Assembly (NCBI RefSeq): GCF_018977255.1
Contig: NW_024704742.1
Span: forward strand, 12,898,001 to 12,962,000
Direction of reading: 5' to 3'
DNA length: 64,000 nt
From: Callorhinchus milii
Taxonomy: Eukaryota
This document shows positions 1 to 12,389 of this stretch, piece after piece. A model generated the notes under the pieces. It was not told the DNA's origin. It saw nothing but the letters and a program-made list of their open reading frames with translations, and searched no databases. A program made the position numbers and the translations under genes. Each line of letters begins with the position of its first letter. The stretch's first letter is position 1.

Positions 1-389
1 GTTGTTTCAGGAAAAGAGAATGGGCGGGGCGAATTCTGTCCATCTCCAAAGAGAGTTTTTATAGGCTAATAATAATACATATAATGGTGTCCCTCCAGGG
101 AGAGAGTGCACATTTAATTCCAATAACCATCTCTGGAATATTCCATGTGTAAGTGGGATGTTTGGTTTGGATACTCTTAAGCATGGTGATGGTTTTCCAT
201 GTCTCAATCACCTGGACAACCAAAACAAATCTTTTCCCATTCTCCCCAGTGATTGAGTGTATAGTGCGCCCTCTAAAAAACACTGGTTGGAAAAATAAGA
301 CCATTCTTAGGTGGTTTGTGGCTCTCTTGCATGTTCGGCCTAAATCCTGTGTAATTGACTGTCAACACATCTTGTATTTTAATGTTTAG

Positions 390-765
390 ACTGATTCCTT
401 TAACATGGGGCAAGAATTTGTGAAGAATTCCCCATCCAGTTTGGACAACCTGCAACACATTGACCTTGATGCTGACATACAGGATTTAAATGTCAAAAGG
501 CCAGGCATAAGGACTGGAGCAGTTACTCAGCTTCACAGGGAGAAGGCCACCATTGGTGCCTCTGCAGCAGAAGTACTGTTTCAAGATGCTTCAAAGACCA
601 ACTGCTCCAGTTACGGAATTAATTCAGTGATCACCAACAAGTATTTACTCTACGAGAACAATGAGCTACTAAAGAGGGGGAAGAGGAGGACCTCTCTAGA
701 ACGAGAATCTATGCTTTTCATGAAAGGGGTCATGGATGAATGTACCCATGTGGGAAATTTCTCAG
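390..765 (+). CDS. ABHD18: ABHD18 (C4orf29) internal coding exon, third from last
   Basis: tttag|ACT GAT TCC ... TCA G|gtacc. Translates TDSFNMGQEFVK...ESMLFMKGVMDECTHVGNFS, matching recalled vertebrate ABHD18. Phase 1 fits the next exon. Confidence 0.93.
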
Positions 766-1329
766 GTACCTCAAGATCTTTCTATGAAATTCAAATTTGA
801 CTTGGAATTAACGTTGAAGGAGATGCAGCATGGGAATTGTTTCTGAACTGTTGTGTCCAATATTTTAAAATTCTGAATTCATATGCTTTTCTCTTGATTG
901 GCCTGGATGGATGAAAACACCTGCTGTGCTAATTTACATAGATTTACATATAATTTAAAGTATGGAAACAGGCCACTCAGCCCAACGTGTCCATGCTGGT
1001 GTTCATACTTCAAAAGAGTCTCCACTCACCCACTCCTTACTTCCTCCTATACCCTTCTGTTCCCTTCTCCCTTTTCCTCATGAATATACATACATGCGTA
1101 CCAAAAAAAATAGGCCTTGCAAACCAGGATGGTCTGAGCTGAGGTTTAGTCCCTCCTGTGTGCTGGATTAGAAATCTCAATGAGGTTGGGTAATTTGCAT
1201 AAATTCCCATCACTGGGGAAGGGGCGAAATGGGGGATTGGCTTTGATATCAGTTGTGACCGAAATTGACTGTAATGGTCATTGTGGTGAAATAATCTGTC
1301 AATACGTTTGGACTCATTAGTAAGAATTT

Positions 1330-1506
1330 TCAGGATAATTGAAGTTGAAATACAGATCAGGCATGATCTAATAGAATGGTGGTACAGGCTTGAGGGGCTG
1401 AATGGCCTACTCCTGTTCCTATGTCCTCCCGACGTGAAAGGCGCTCAATAAATGGAATCTTGTTGTTGTTGTTGTTGTATATTCTTATGTTCCAATGTTC
1501 CTATGT
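1330..1506 (+). mobile_element. CR1 LINE 3' end with a very short L2 3' end inserted in its tail
   Basis: CR1-type end gggctgaatggcctactcctg plus (TTCCTATG)-like tail, interrupted at about 1424-1477 by tcctcccgacgtgaaaggcgct...(TTG)n. Confidence 0.7.
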
Positions 1507-2869
1507 CAGTTGGATTCAATAGCCTAGTATGAGTAGAGGCAGAATATTTGAGAGTTGAGTTTGGAAACATTGGGAAATGTGTAACCAAACTCACCAAGAT
1601 TCTGAATAATGTTTGTTGGTACTGTAAGTGCTCATTGTATTGTACTAGCACATAAATTATCTTTTCTTGGTACAACAGTAAGTTTGATGTGTAGCCAGAG
1701 TCAAGTGCTGAACAGAGACCAACTGTTTTCCTCGGTTAGGTGTGTGGGTGCAGAGAAGAAAAAGAAATCACAGGTGAATTGTCTCAGCATGTTCATGTGA
1801 AGCACCTAGCTTGAAATGTATATAGCCAGAGATCTGGGAGTAAGTAGGTGCTGTCTATCTTCTTAGTCACAAAATGGTGCATGGAATGAAGGAGAGAGAA
1901 GGACACCACTTAAGTCAGGCAATCAAAAATCCTAAATCTATATGGACCACAATCTTTCACAGTAATCAAATATTGTTTATCACTCTATAAATGTTTACTG
2001 ATTCTCACAGTTAATCCTTCAGCATTAACCTCTGCACAATACACTGGCTGATGTTTGCCAGTGTATTGGCAAGCATTGGTATGGTAGATAAAAAAAATCT
2101 CTAGGAGCGATTGTAAGGTTGCAATCTCACAATGTATTATGAGATGGGATCAGCTTCCTCAGGACAGATCCGGAGTGAAGCTTGTACCTTTCTGGTCACT
2201 GTGACTTTCACAATTGTTAGTGGCTTTACTAATCGAAGCATCAGGAGGTGAATAGCTCTTTTAGTTTGTTTTCTTTGGCTGCGAACCATTGCTAAGAGAG
2301 TGGGCAAGTCTGTTTGATGATAACCACTCTGAAATCGCTCGCTGAAAAAATGTGCCAGACAGCACAAGATATGACTCTTCTTTAGTTCTTTTCTTGCCTC
2401 TCTTTGGAAAGCTCCCAAATCAGGCGTCGTAACACTTTCTTTTGAAATATCCTCTAAACTGAGGCGGAACAATCATCAGGCCTTTTTACACCATTCTAAA
2501 CAATGCTATCAAAAGCAAAACAGGAAACATACTTCAAATACTGCTTTTGTCTTCAAGACAGGAAATCTGACAAAGTATATCTTTGAAGCTTTGGGACATT
2601 TTGGCAATGTGATAATAATAATTTTAATCCTTGCATTTGATGTCATCATGACCTCTCAAAGGATATACTGTAAAATAGATGCATTTTGTCGGTGAAACAC
2701 AGCAGCCATTGGCATGAAATCTGAAGGCTGGGCCACCAAATATGGTGTGGAGTGAGTGGAAACTCTGAGTTAGCCAAGCAGAGGAAATGAGCAGAGGAGA
2801 GGGGTAGGAGATCAGTGAGATGGAGGTGGTGGGTGTGGTGTTAGGGCATGAAAGAAAACATGAGGAGAC

Positions 2870-3040
2870 AACTACAGGACTCCACACTAAACTACAGGAC
2901 TCCACACTAAACCGCAGGACTCAACACTAAACTACAGGACTCCACACTAAACTACAGGACTCTGCACTAAACCACAGGACTCTGCACTAAACTACAGTAC
3001 TCCAAACTAAACTACAGTACTCCGAACTAAACTACAGGAC
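2870..3040. repeat. 20-bp minisatellite, about 8.5 copies of ACTACAGGACTCCACACTAA
   Basis: Directly visible tandem units with exact 20-nt period. Confidence 0.95.
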
Positions 3041-3081
3041 ACCCAATGTCTTTTGAGGAGATCAGTGTCTTTGACCCCCCC

Positions 3082-3628
3082 ACAACAACAACAACAACAA
3101 CAACAAGATTACATTTATAAAGCGCCTTTCACGTCAGGAGGACGTCCCAAGGCGCTGCACAGTTGGGTCATGACCCGAGCAGGGGGGAAATGGTCAGGGT
3201 GAGGGGAGGGAAGGGAGGGAGCAAGGAGGGGGGAAATGGTCAGGGTGAGGGGAGTGAAGGGAGGGAGCGAGGAGGGGGAAGAGAGTCGAGAGGGGAGCTG
3301 AAGGCACGGTCAAAGAGAAAGGTTTTGAGACCGGCCTTGAAGGAGGAAAGGGAGGAGGCGGCGAAGGCACTGGGGGATAGAGTTCCAGAGCCTCGGGGCT
3401 GAGAGGCTGAAGGCCCGACCACCGATGGTAGGGCGGTTGGGGCGGGGGACGTGGAGCAGACCGGAGCCAGAGGAACGGAGGGTACGGGCAGGTAGGTAGG
3501 GGGATAGTAGGTTGGAGAGGTAGGAGGGAGCAAGGCCGTGAATGGCCTTGTAGGTGAGGATGAGGATCTTGAAATCAATCCTCTGGGGGATGGGGAGCCA
3601 GTGGAGGCGAGCGAGGGTGGGAGTGATG
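3082..3628 (-). mobile_element. L2-clade LINE, 5'-truncated 3' end
   Basis: ORF2 C-terminus ITPTLARLHWLPIPQRIDFKILILTYKAIHGLAPSYL...GGRAFS...APRLWNS, 3' UTR and (TTG)n tail. Confidence 0.92.
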
Positions 3629-3798
3629 TATACCACATGTACTGATATTGATTGATGAACAAAATCAGGGTTTGCTTGTGAAGGGAAGGGGGAATTATAT
3701 GTGGGAAATGATTTAGGGAGAGGAAATTGCGACATTTGTGTCAGATGAGGAAGTGGGGAGAGGGAGGATAGAAGAAATCCCACAGTCTGGCCTGATTT

Positions 3799-4148
3799 GT
3801 CCTGTAGTTCAGTGGTTATAGCACTCACCTTGTAGAGACCTGGGTTCGATCCTGGCAGAGTGAAATGTTGGGCAAGTTTCCTTACTCCGTGCCTCTGTTT
3901 ACCTAGTAGTAAGTAGGGACCTGGTTGTCAGTTGATTGGCGGATCGCTTTTCCGGGGATGATAAAAACCTTCACAAAAATAATAATAATAAATTGGTCAC
4001 TCAATCCACGACTGTTTGTGGGACACATTGGCTGCTGCGTTTTGCCCACAAAATATACAGTCAATTCACTCTACAGTATATTCTGTGAAGGCTTTGTGAT
4101 GTATCAAAAACGTGATAAGGGCTATATCAAATGCAAGGATTATTATTA
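3799..4148 (+). mobile_element. tRNA-derived SINE, long form
   Basis: A box TAGTTCAGTGG 3805-3815, B box GGTTCGATCC 3843-3852, body shared with many copies in the window, L2-like tail ending (ATT)n. Confidence 0.9.
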
Positions 4149-4879
4149 GTATCCCCTATTTTTTCTATTTTTTTTGAACCGTGAATTGAAGATGATCACT
4201 CTAATTTTACATTCACAATCAGCCTACATAGATGACCAGTTCTCCCAGCTGTCATCATAGCCTGGTGGAGTGTGTGCCATTTAATGTTTGATCTGAATTT
4301 AGTTTGGCTTTACCATTCTAAATCATAGCACAGTTTTTTTTCTTAATCAGAAAACTAGTGTATTCACTTTACTGGTTGCCGATTTACTGCTTGGTACAAG
4401 GTGTTGACAAGTGTTTTGTTATCAGCCTTTTGATGTCTGATTGTAGATAGTACTTGGAGGAAATTATGTATAGGATTGTTGGCCACCAGTTCTCACCCCC
4501 AAAAAAGATGGGAAAAAGATTTTTTTAAAAAGAAATATGGAAAGCAAATCTCATTTCCTGATTATGTTAGCAAGACATTTTAGGCTGTTTGTTTGGTGCT
4601 TGGAATAACGTGTCACTCAGGTCAGGTTTGCAGTATTGCATCATTTGTGCTGAAATCCATGGGTAAAGTACTATTGAGGACAGCTGCTTTCTGTAAAAAT
4701 GTCCCCATTGATGTTTCTCTTGGTAACGTATGTTACAGCATATAAATGAACCCTTCTGGTTACTTTTTGGGGGGAGGTGGTAAATTCATATTTACAACGT
4801 AAATTTCAATATTAGGATTGGAAACATAAAACCATAAAAAATAAAATTGTACAAATTTTACACAGAATGTGTCTTGTCT

Positions 4880-5420
4880 AGCGAAAAACAGGCTTAACCT
4901 ATCCAATCTATCCTGATGGCAGTAATCGGCCAGCCCTGGTATCATCTCCATAAACCTATCCTGTACTCTTTTCTATCGCTGCTATACCTTCCCTGTAATG
5001 TGGAGACCAGAATTGGACATAATACTCAAATGTAGTCTAAACAAGGTTTTATATCAATTCAACATCACTTCCTCACTTTTATATTCCTCTGGATTTAAAG
5101 CCCAAGACCCTATTGGCCTTATAGCCTTATGTAGCTACATTTAGAGATTTGTGGATCTAACTCCTCTCAGGTTTCTACCATCTACATTTCTTTATTTTTC
5201 CTGCTGAAGTTAATTATTTTGCATTATCCTACATTAAACTTAATTTGCCATCTGTCTGCCCATTCTGCTATAGTCGGTTTATGTCTTCCTGCATTCTCCT
5301 GTAATCTCCTTCATTGTAGCTCGACCCCCAGTTTGGTTTCATCTGCAAGTTTTGACACCACACCTCCTATAACTGAATCCAAATCATTTATGTATATGCT
5401 GAACAGTAGAGGACCTAACA
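4880..5420 (-). mobile_element. Degenerate CR1 LINE RT fragment
   Basis: Contains MIPGL...DRLDRLSLF, a QFWSP-like segment (tggagaccagaattggac) and an FADD-like segment (tcatctgcaagt). Confidence 0.75.
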
Positions 5421-6382
5421 TTGATTATCCATTTGATATTGATCTCTATAATTTTCAATAATTTTGAAATAAAACAGTTATTGTTCTTCTTGAACACTCA
5501 CACCGCTGCTTGAATTAGAGTTTGCTATGTGGAAGCCTAGTTTTTTAATCAGACACTGGAGCATTTTACGTTCTGCATTGTATTTGGGGAGCCTGGAACT
5601 AAATCCCACCTCTTTGCTGTGGTGTCGCTTGTATCATAATCTATTGTACTTATTTAAATATCACATGTATGTACATACAAAGCCAACTCCAGCAGTAACT
5701 GCAACACAGAAATGGAAAGCCATCTACTCTGTTTGCACTGATAATTAAATCAGCATTTAGTCCTTTCTGTTCCACATTCTGGTAACTTTAAGCCTTCCTG
5801 GGAACTGGTTATTTCTGTGAACCATTTAAGTATAAATTGAACAAGATAGTGGTTCTCTTTTTATACCAAATGAATACAGAATACTCCAGAGCACTAAATG
5901 AAACTATCTTCATCCTGTTGAAGAATGTTGTTTTTAACTTGACAGGTTTGCCTTCAGAGGCCAGCCCTCTTTTGGAGGCAACTCATAATGTAAAACAGAC
6001 AGTAGTGCAATAATATTTACACCCTTGTGCATGCGCAATACCACTAGTTTTTTTTCACTTCCCAAATTACAGTAGCAGAACCATGAAAAAGGACAAGAAC
6101 AAAGTGGCCTGAAATTCAGGTGCAGCTCCTGCAATGAGGTGGTATCTGAGAAAAATGGCATTTTTGTTGCTAGTTTACTTCATAGGTTGTAGAGGCGATT
6201 TACATAACGGAGGGTTGTAATGCTACTTTTTGAGCTTCTAAAACCACAATGTAAAAACAATACATAAATGTTTCCAGTGGAATACTTGTGAAGCCATATT
6301 TACATTATACATAGTATACAATTAGTCCTTTCACTACTAAGAAAATTGTGTTGTCCAACTGCTGTTGAAATATATGATTTGA

Positions 6383-6580
<198 letters not shown>

Positions 6581-7209
6581 TAAAGCAATGAAAAATAGCT
6601 GAAATACTCTAGTGACTTTTTAAGAGAATGGCTGAGGGTTTGTTGAATTTTTCTCCCTATGATGCCCAATCCGGACTTAGAGGCAGAATGATGCCTTCTC
6701 TGGATTTGCTATGTCAGTGACATTCATTAACTGGCTGCTTAGTAGTATGCACAAGTAAATTTTCTTTTGTTTGGCATTTCTCTATGTGAAGAGCTGCATG
6801 ATAATTGTTCAACCCTGTGTACTTAACAAATTGGTGTGGATTAGAACAGACCCACAAGGAAATAATAATCCTTTCATTTGATGCCTTATTACGGAATCAA
6901 GACATCTCAAAGCACCTCATGGGATATACTGTAAAGTATTACTGTGTGTATTTTGTGGGCAAATGCTGCAGTCAATTTGTGCATAACATTTGTCCCACAA
7001 ACATCAATGGAGTGAGAGGCATTTGGTATGCAGCGCTGGCATGGAAATGGCCGTTTTAAACACAAACTATGGTATTGAGTTTAATCTCTACAGGTGAACA
7101 ACTCCTGCCTAAGATAGCCAATATGTATGTGTTTGTATAATTGTCGCTTTCAATATTCCTGACAAGCATAGAGTTCACAGTAGCATAGAATTCTGGCTCA
7201 TCTATTTAC

Positions 7210-7838
7210 TGTGTCAGCTTCGCCCGTTCGAAAGAACTTTTGCCCCTGGCTCAGGTTGTGAGTTCAAGTCATATATCAGGACATTGAACTCATAGTCTAC
7301 CTTTTGGCTACTGAGGGCTGGATGCCCTATTTGAGAAACGTCTGAGGACCCCGTAAGCTATATTTTTGTGTTTCCCATCTGGAAACATAACATGACATTC
7401 ACGGGTTATGGAGAGAGCAGGTACACCAGATGAAATGGAGGGAGATGGGGAGCCTGGTGAAATTGGCCCACAGGCTGTATGCGGCCCGTGGGCCATCAGT
7501 TGGACCACCCTGGTCTAGGCTGACACTCCAGTGCAGCCTGAAAGAGTGCTGCATTGCTGTCCTTTGGATGAGATGAGAAACTAACATCCTATCTGGCGCT
7601 TCAGATTCATGAAACTATTCAAATCAAGTAGGGGGATTCTTTCAATATCTTGGCCAGCAATGTTTCAGACAAAAATTGATCCTTCATTTCATTAATATTT
7701 ATCAGACATAATATTGTGCACAAATTGGCTGCTGCATTTACCTATCTGCATTTACCTACAGTCTATTCTGTAAAACACTTTGAGACGTCGAGAAGACGTA
7801 AAAAGCGCTATATCAAATGCAAGGATTATTATTATTAC
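7210..7838 (+). mobile_element. Deu-domain-like SINE interrupted by a hAT-like fragment (about 7300-7512)
   Basis: ggctgacactccagtgcag...gagtgctgcattg...ttggatgagatg resembles the Deu domain. The insert ends gcggcccgtgggcc..gttggaccaccctg next to gtctag, typical of hAT/Charlie ends. Confidence 0.55.
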
Positions 7839-8520
7839 AAATGCACGGTCACTTCACCTAACAGCTAAGCTTTGAGACATTAACATTATAAGCGCTATAT
7901 TAAATGTGTATATATATATATACGTGTGAATGTGTGAATTCCTGACTTTCAGATTGACAGAAGGTTGTCTTTGAGGGTTTCTATTTTGGTGTTGCGGTGG
8001 GGGTGAGGGGGTGGGGGGTTCTATTTTGGTGTTGGAGGGATGGGGGGAGATGAATTGCTAAATTCTCCTACAAACGACTAACTATTAAGTGAGCATAATT
8101 TACTGTCGGTAAACTGTTTCATGACTGTTCACATGTACTAATGAATGGGTTCCAGAATATCTCCTGGTTCCATTTTTACATTATTGCACAATGTTACCAT
8201 TAAAAGAAGGAAACCTTCTTCTGCAATTATGATCTGTTTTGCTCACAAAATATATAGTCAATTCACTTTACATATAATCTGTGAAGCGCTTTGAGACGTC
8301 TTGAAGATGTGATAAGGCACTATATCGAATGCAAGGATTATTATTATATTTATTAAAGAAAAGATATGCAAATTAAAAATTATGAGAGATATACCAGTAG
8401 ATTTAAGGTTACAGAAGAAAGAAAAGCCACTAGATATTCAAACTATATTCAAAAAGCGAGGAGGAATAATTGTTAGCTATACTGTACAAAACTGCGATTG
8501 TGTACAACATTTAAAATCAG

Positions 8521-8838
8521 TAATATAATAATAATCCTTGCATTTGATATAGCACTTTTAACGTTTTCTAGATGTCTCAAAGCGCTTCACAGAATATACT
8601 GTAAAGTGAATTAACTGTATAGTTGTGGGCGAAACACGGCAACCAATTGTGCACAGCAGTGTCCCACAGTCGTGGATTGAGTGACCAAATTATTTTTTTT
8701 TTTAAAGAATTATTATCCCCGGAAAAGTGATCGGGCAATCGACTAACATCCAGGTTCCTATTACTGCTAGGTAAACAGAGGCGAGTGGAGTAAGGAAAGT
8801 TGCCCAACATTTCGCCCTGCCGGGTAACGAACCCCGGC
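8521..8838 (-). mobile_element. tRNA-derived SINE, long form, 5'-truncated near the B box
   Basis: Reverse complement matches the 3799-4148 copy. Confidence 0.88.
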
Positions 8839-9488
8839 AGTAATTTGGTTTCTAAACTAGAAAATTTATATTATTTCTGTATTCTTTAATCAACATTCTA
8901 CATTATGACTCAAAGTCGTAAGACAATTGTCTTGCTTATAAGACTTATGTAAGACTTATGTTTGAGGGTTCAAGGCAGTTTTAAGTTTCTACAGCAGTTT
9001 GATCCTATCTATTATCCCCATTTTGGAGATGCTGTGCACTTCATGTAGGGCTGGTTTCTGAGGCTGTCGTGTATGTCTATTACTTGATGATGCTGCATCA
9101 AAAGGGTACATTAGAACCCGGGCAGCTGAGGAGAAATTGAGAGAAGATGGGGTTTAGCTCCTGCAGTCAGAATGTGCAAGATATTTTGGAAACGGGCTCA
9201 AAATCATTTCACTTTGATTCCTATGTTATCAAAGGACACCCCTTAAATTTCAGTTGGTTGTGTTGAGTAATCTACTACAAATGCTATCTTGACAGTGGGA
9301 TAATTTCCCTACTTTATCTTGCCTTCTTGCCAACCAGCTTACTCTCTCTTTTCTTTATCTTTTGGATCATTTTGTATAATAGGTCTGAAATGTCCTTGAT
9401 ACATTTTATTTGGTGTTGGTAGTATACCCACTCCAGTTTTCTTTTCAATTTGCCAACTAATTAAGCATTGTGTAATTTCTGTTTGCAG

Positions 9489-9540
9489 GCAAGCTATTTA
9501 TGATGCATTTGACCGCTTTCTTCAGAAGTATACCATCTAA
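9489..9540 (+). CDS. ABHD18: ABHD18 last coding exon
   Basis: tttgcag|G CAA GCT ... ATC TAA. Translates (R)QAIYDAFDRFLQKYTI*; phase 2 matches the preceding donor. Confidence 0.95.
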
Positions 9541-11015
9541 TATTGAGCCATGGATGCCAAGCTGTTGCCAGTCTCACATCTTCAGGACGTTACAGGTTTC
9601 ATTTACTGCACTGCAACGACTCCAAATTACTACTACAAGAAAATTAATTGTGCGGACAATCTTATATTCAAGGGGTGATTGTCAATCATTAAGTGTTGGT
9701 TTGGAGCCTCAGTATTATTGTAACACTGAAACATGCTTTGTGTACCATATCTCAAGACAAAATCTTCTTGCCCTGAGATTTCAGTATGTGTTGACACTGG
9801 CAATTGCTGTTATGTTTTCCATATCAAGGCTTATTTAATAATATTCACAACTATATTGACAGTTGCACATCGATCAAACATTCCTAATTACATTTAAACA
9901 AAGTTCATTACTTTTTCCCATCATCATGACGGACTTCATCCAAAACAACTAAGATGCGCGATTCGATTAAAATGATTTGTGTCCTGAGTGGAACCATTAT
10001 CCGCCATTTCAAAATCCATCAGCTCATCACCATATTTAATTTGTCTTCTTCCTAACAAACTATACTATAAACCAGTTCACATTCCCATTAATTAGCATAC
10101 TGTTTCTGATTCTTTCTGACTGATTTGATCTGGAATTAGTTTGTAGTTATTCTCTCTCCTGTCACTCATTACTCTCTCTCTACTCTCCATCATTACTTGT
10201 TCTTTTCTCATGTTTAATTTCTCTGCTCTGCATATATTTCCTTGCTCGGCATATCAGGGTGATGCAAAATGTGAATTTTATTGTACCTTTTTTACCAAAT
10301 TTATTATAACATCTTGATTGTCCCATCTTGTAACATTTCTTCCCTTTCCCTTCTCTAACTTGTCTTTGTGACTAATGCAGAGTGAATTGTGTGCATGTGC
10401 CAATGCAGTCTTTCTTGCTCCAAAGTTTGGAATATGAAATGTTCCTGTGTCCCAGAATTGAGCTAAAAAACACCAATTAGAAACCAATAGGGTGGATTAA
10501 TTAACCTAAATCAGATTTGTTAAGTGTGTGCCTTCATTTTGTTTTGTGAACTTGGGTACCAATGGTCAAGAAAAATGGATGGAAATCTAAATTTCTTTTA
10601 CAACCGTAAATACTATTTGGAAAATTGAATATTTGTACTATTGTATTAAAAACCCCCACAATCCTCTACAAAAAGGAGAAATCTGGTACTACTTGATACT
10701 ACATCATGCCAACAAAATTTATAAACCAAGGTCCCAATCCAGCAAGATAATAATTTGGTATTCTGCTCAGTTTTCTTGTTTCACGGAATTTAGAGTAAAT
10801 CAATCCTTCTGACATGAAAGGTGCTTTTTTAAATGCAATTTGTTGTTTTTATTGTTGTTTTACATTTTGAACTACTAATTTTTGGATGCAGTGCATGCAT
10901 GAATGCCTTGATTTTTTATTTTTAATGCAGTTTGATGAAGAAATAACTGATCATTTTATAATTAATTTAAACATGTACTTTTTTTCAATAATAAAAATGA
11001 TAGAAGATCAACTTT
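9541..11015 (+). other. ABHD18: Probable ABHD18 3' UTR with candidate polyadenylation signal
   Basis: AT-rich, free of recognisable repeats after the stop codon. AATAAA at 10990-10995 with TGTA just upstream. The end point is inferred. Confidence 0.5.
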
Positions 11016-12389
11016 TGGCCTATAATGTGCACTGCTGATACCAAGCTTTCTGACCAGGCAAATATGAGACTAATATACAAGATGATTAGGCACAAGTTTC
11101 AACAGATGGCCTTTGAGTTGAAATAGGTTATTCTAAAATGTGATTTTTTTGACATATGGGTGTCTGATATACACAGAATCCCATCACCATGCTTAAGAGT
11201 ATCCAGCTTAAAGTTGCACATATAAATGCCATGGAGATTTTCTTGTATCTAAAACGGGAGTGTGCACTCTCTACTTGGAGAGCCGCACTCTGCTTACCTA
11301 ACTTCAAAGAGTCTTAGGAAAGTTGGAAAGAGCCATGAGTTGATGAGCCTGGTGTGTCCGTTGGGGGTACTGCTGGAGTTTAAGAGATTGAGAGCACTGT
11401 CTGGCAAGCATCACTCTGCTTGTCCAACTAGGATCACCCTACTCATTGGAGCTTTGGCTTGCAGTGTTAACAGGAGCTGAGTAGGATGAACACTGCTCTC
11501 AATGACTTGTTTGCTCCTCCAAGTCTTGTCAGTGAGTCAGGTTGGCTGCTTTATCATCACGATTACCTTGGAATAACTGGTTTAGGAAATGGACTATAGA
11601 GACCGCCACTGGTTCGATTCTGACATTCCATTGCCTGAATATTTAGATATGTTTGGTGGAGTATGCAGGGAACATTTTCGGCACTGGCTTTTTTGGTGTG
11701 AAAAACGCCAGTAAATGCATATACCAGCATTATAATTACACTTTGCAGGAAATTCTGGCTCACCAGAATTTCGCTTCTCCATTAGTCCACCATCTGGGCT
11801 TACACTGTACATAATCAACATGTATTCCCACTTATGTCTTTTAAATGTCAAAGTTAAGAGAATACTTATCCTGACCACCAATTGGGAATAAATATGGAAA
11901 GACCTCTTACCAGTGATCTAAACAGCTTACTATCCTCTGGCCATTGAAGACAGGGTGAGGCTGAGGTCCGCACCAGGAGAGTGGGCTGATGGAGTCAACG
12001 TGTGTGGTCCGTCTATGGAGTCTGGTACGCCGGGGCGGGAATAGAAACTTATTTTGGGTCAGCGGATGTCTGACATGTGGAAACCCATCATAATAATAAT
12101 AATCCTTGAATTTGATATAGCGCTTTTCACGTCTTCTCGACGTCTCAAAGTGCTTCACAGAATAGACTGTAAAGTGAATTGACCGTATATTTGTGGACGA
12201 AATGCAGCAGCCAATTGTTTAATCATTATGTTTAAGAGTATCCGAACCAACATGCATCCCACCTATATTTCATTACAAAGGTCATTCATTACAGACAGGA
12301 ACAGCATAATAACATTGCTTCGGAAACTATATTAGTAAATCCTTTTTTGGTCCACTTTTTTACAAAAAATACAGTAATTGAATTAATGT

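Noticed and set aside
1..154. Possible ABHD18 exon (ttcag at 6-10, GTAAGT at 149-154)
   Set aside because: No frame resembles ABHD18, and the region overlaps the unclassified dispersed repeat.
2137..2472. 111-aa minus-strand ORF
   Set aside because: No recognisable domain or splice context; antisense within an ABHD18 intron; likely chance.
2870..3040. CRISPR-like array
   Set aside because: Head-to-tail units without unique spacers, no cas genes, vertebrate context.
9900..10300. Purine-rich minus-strand stretch resembling decayed coding sequence
   Set aside because: The frames I read contain stops and no recognisable homology.
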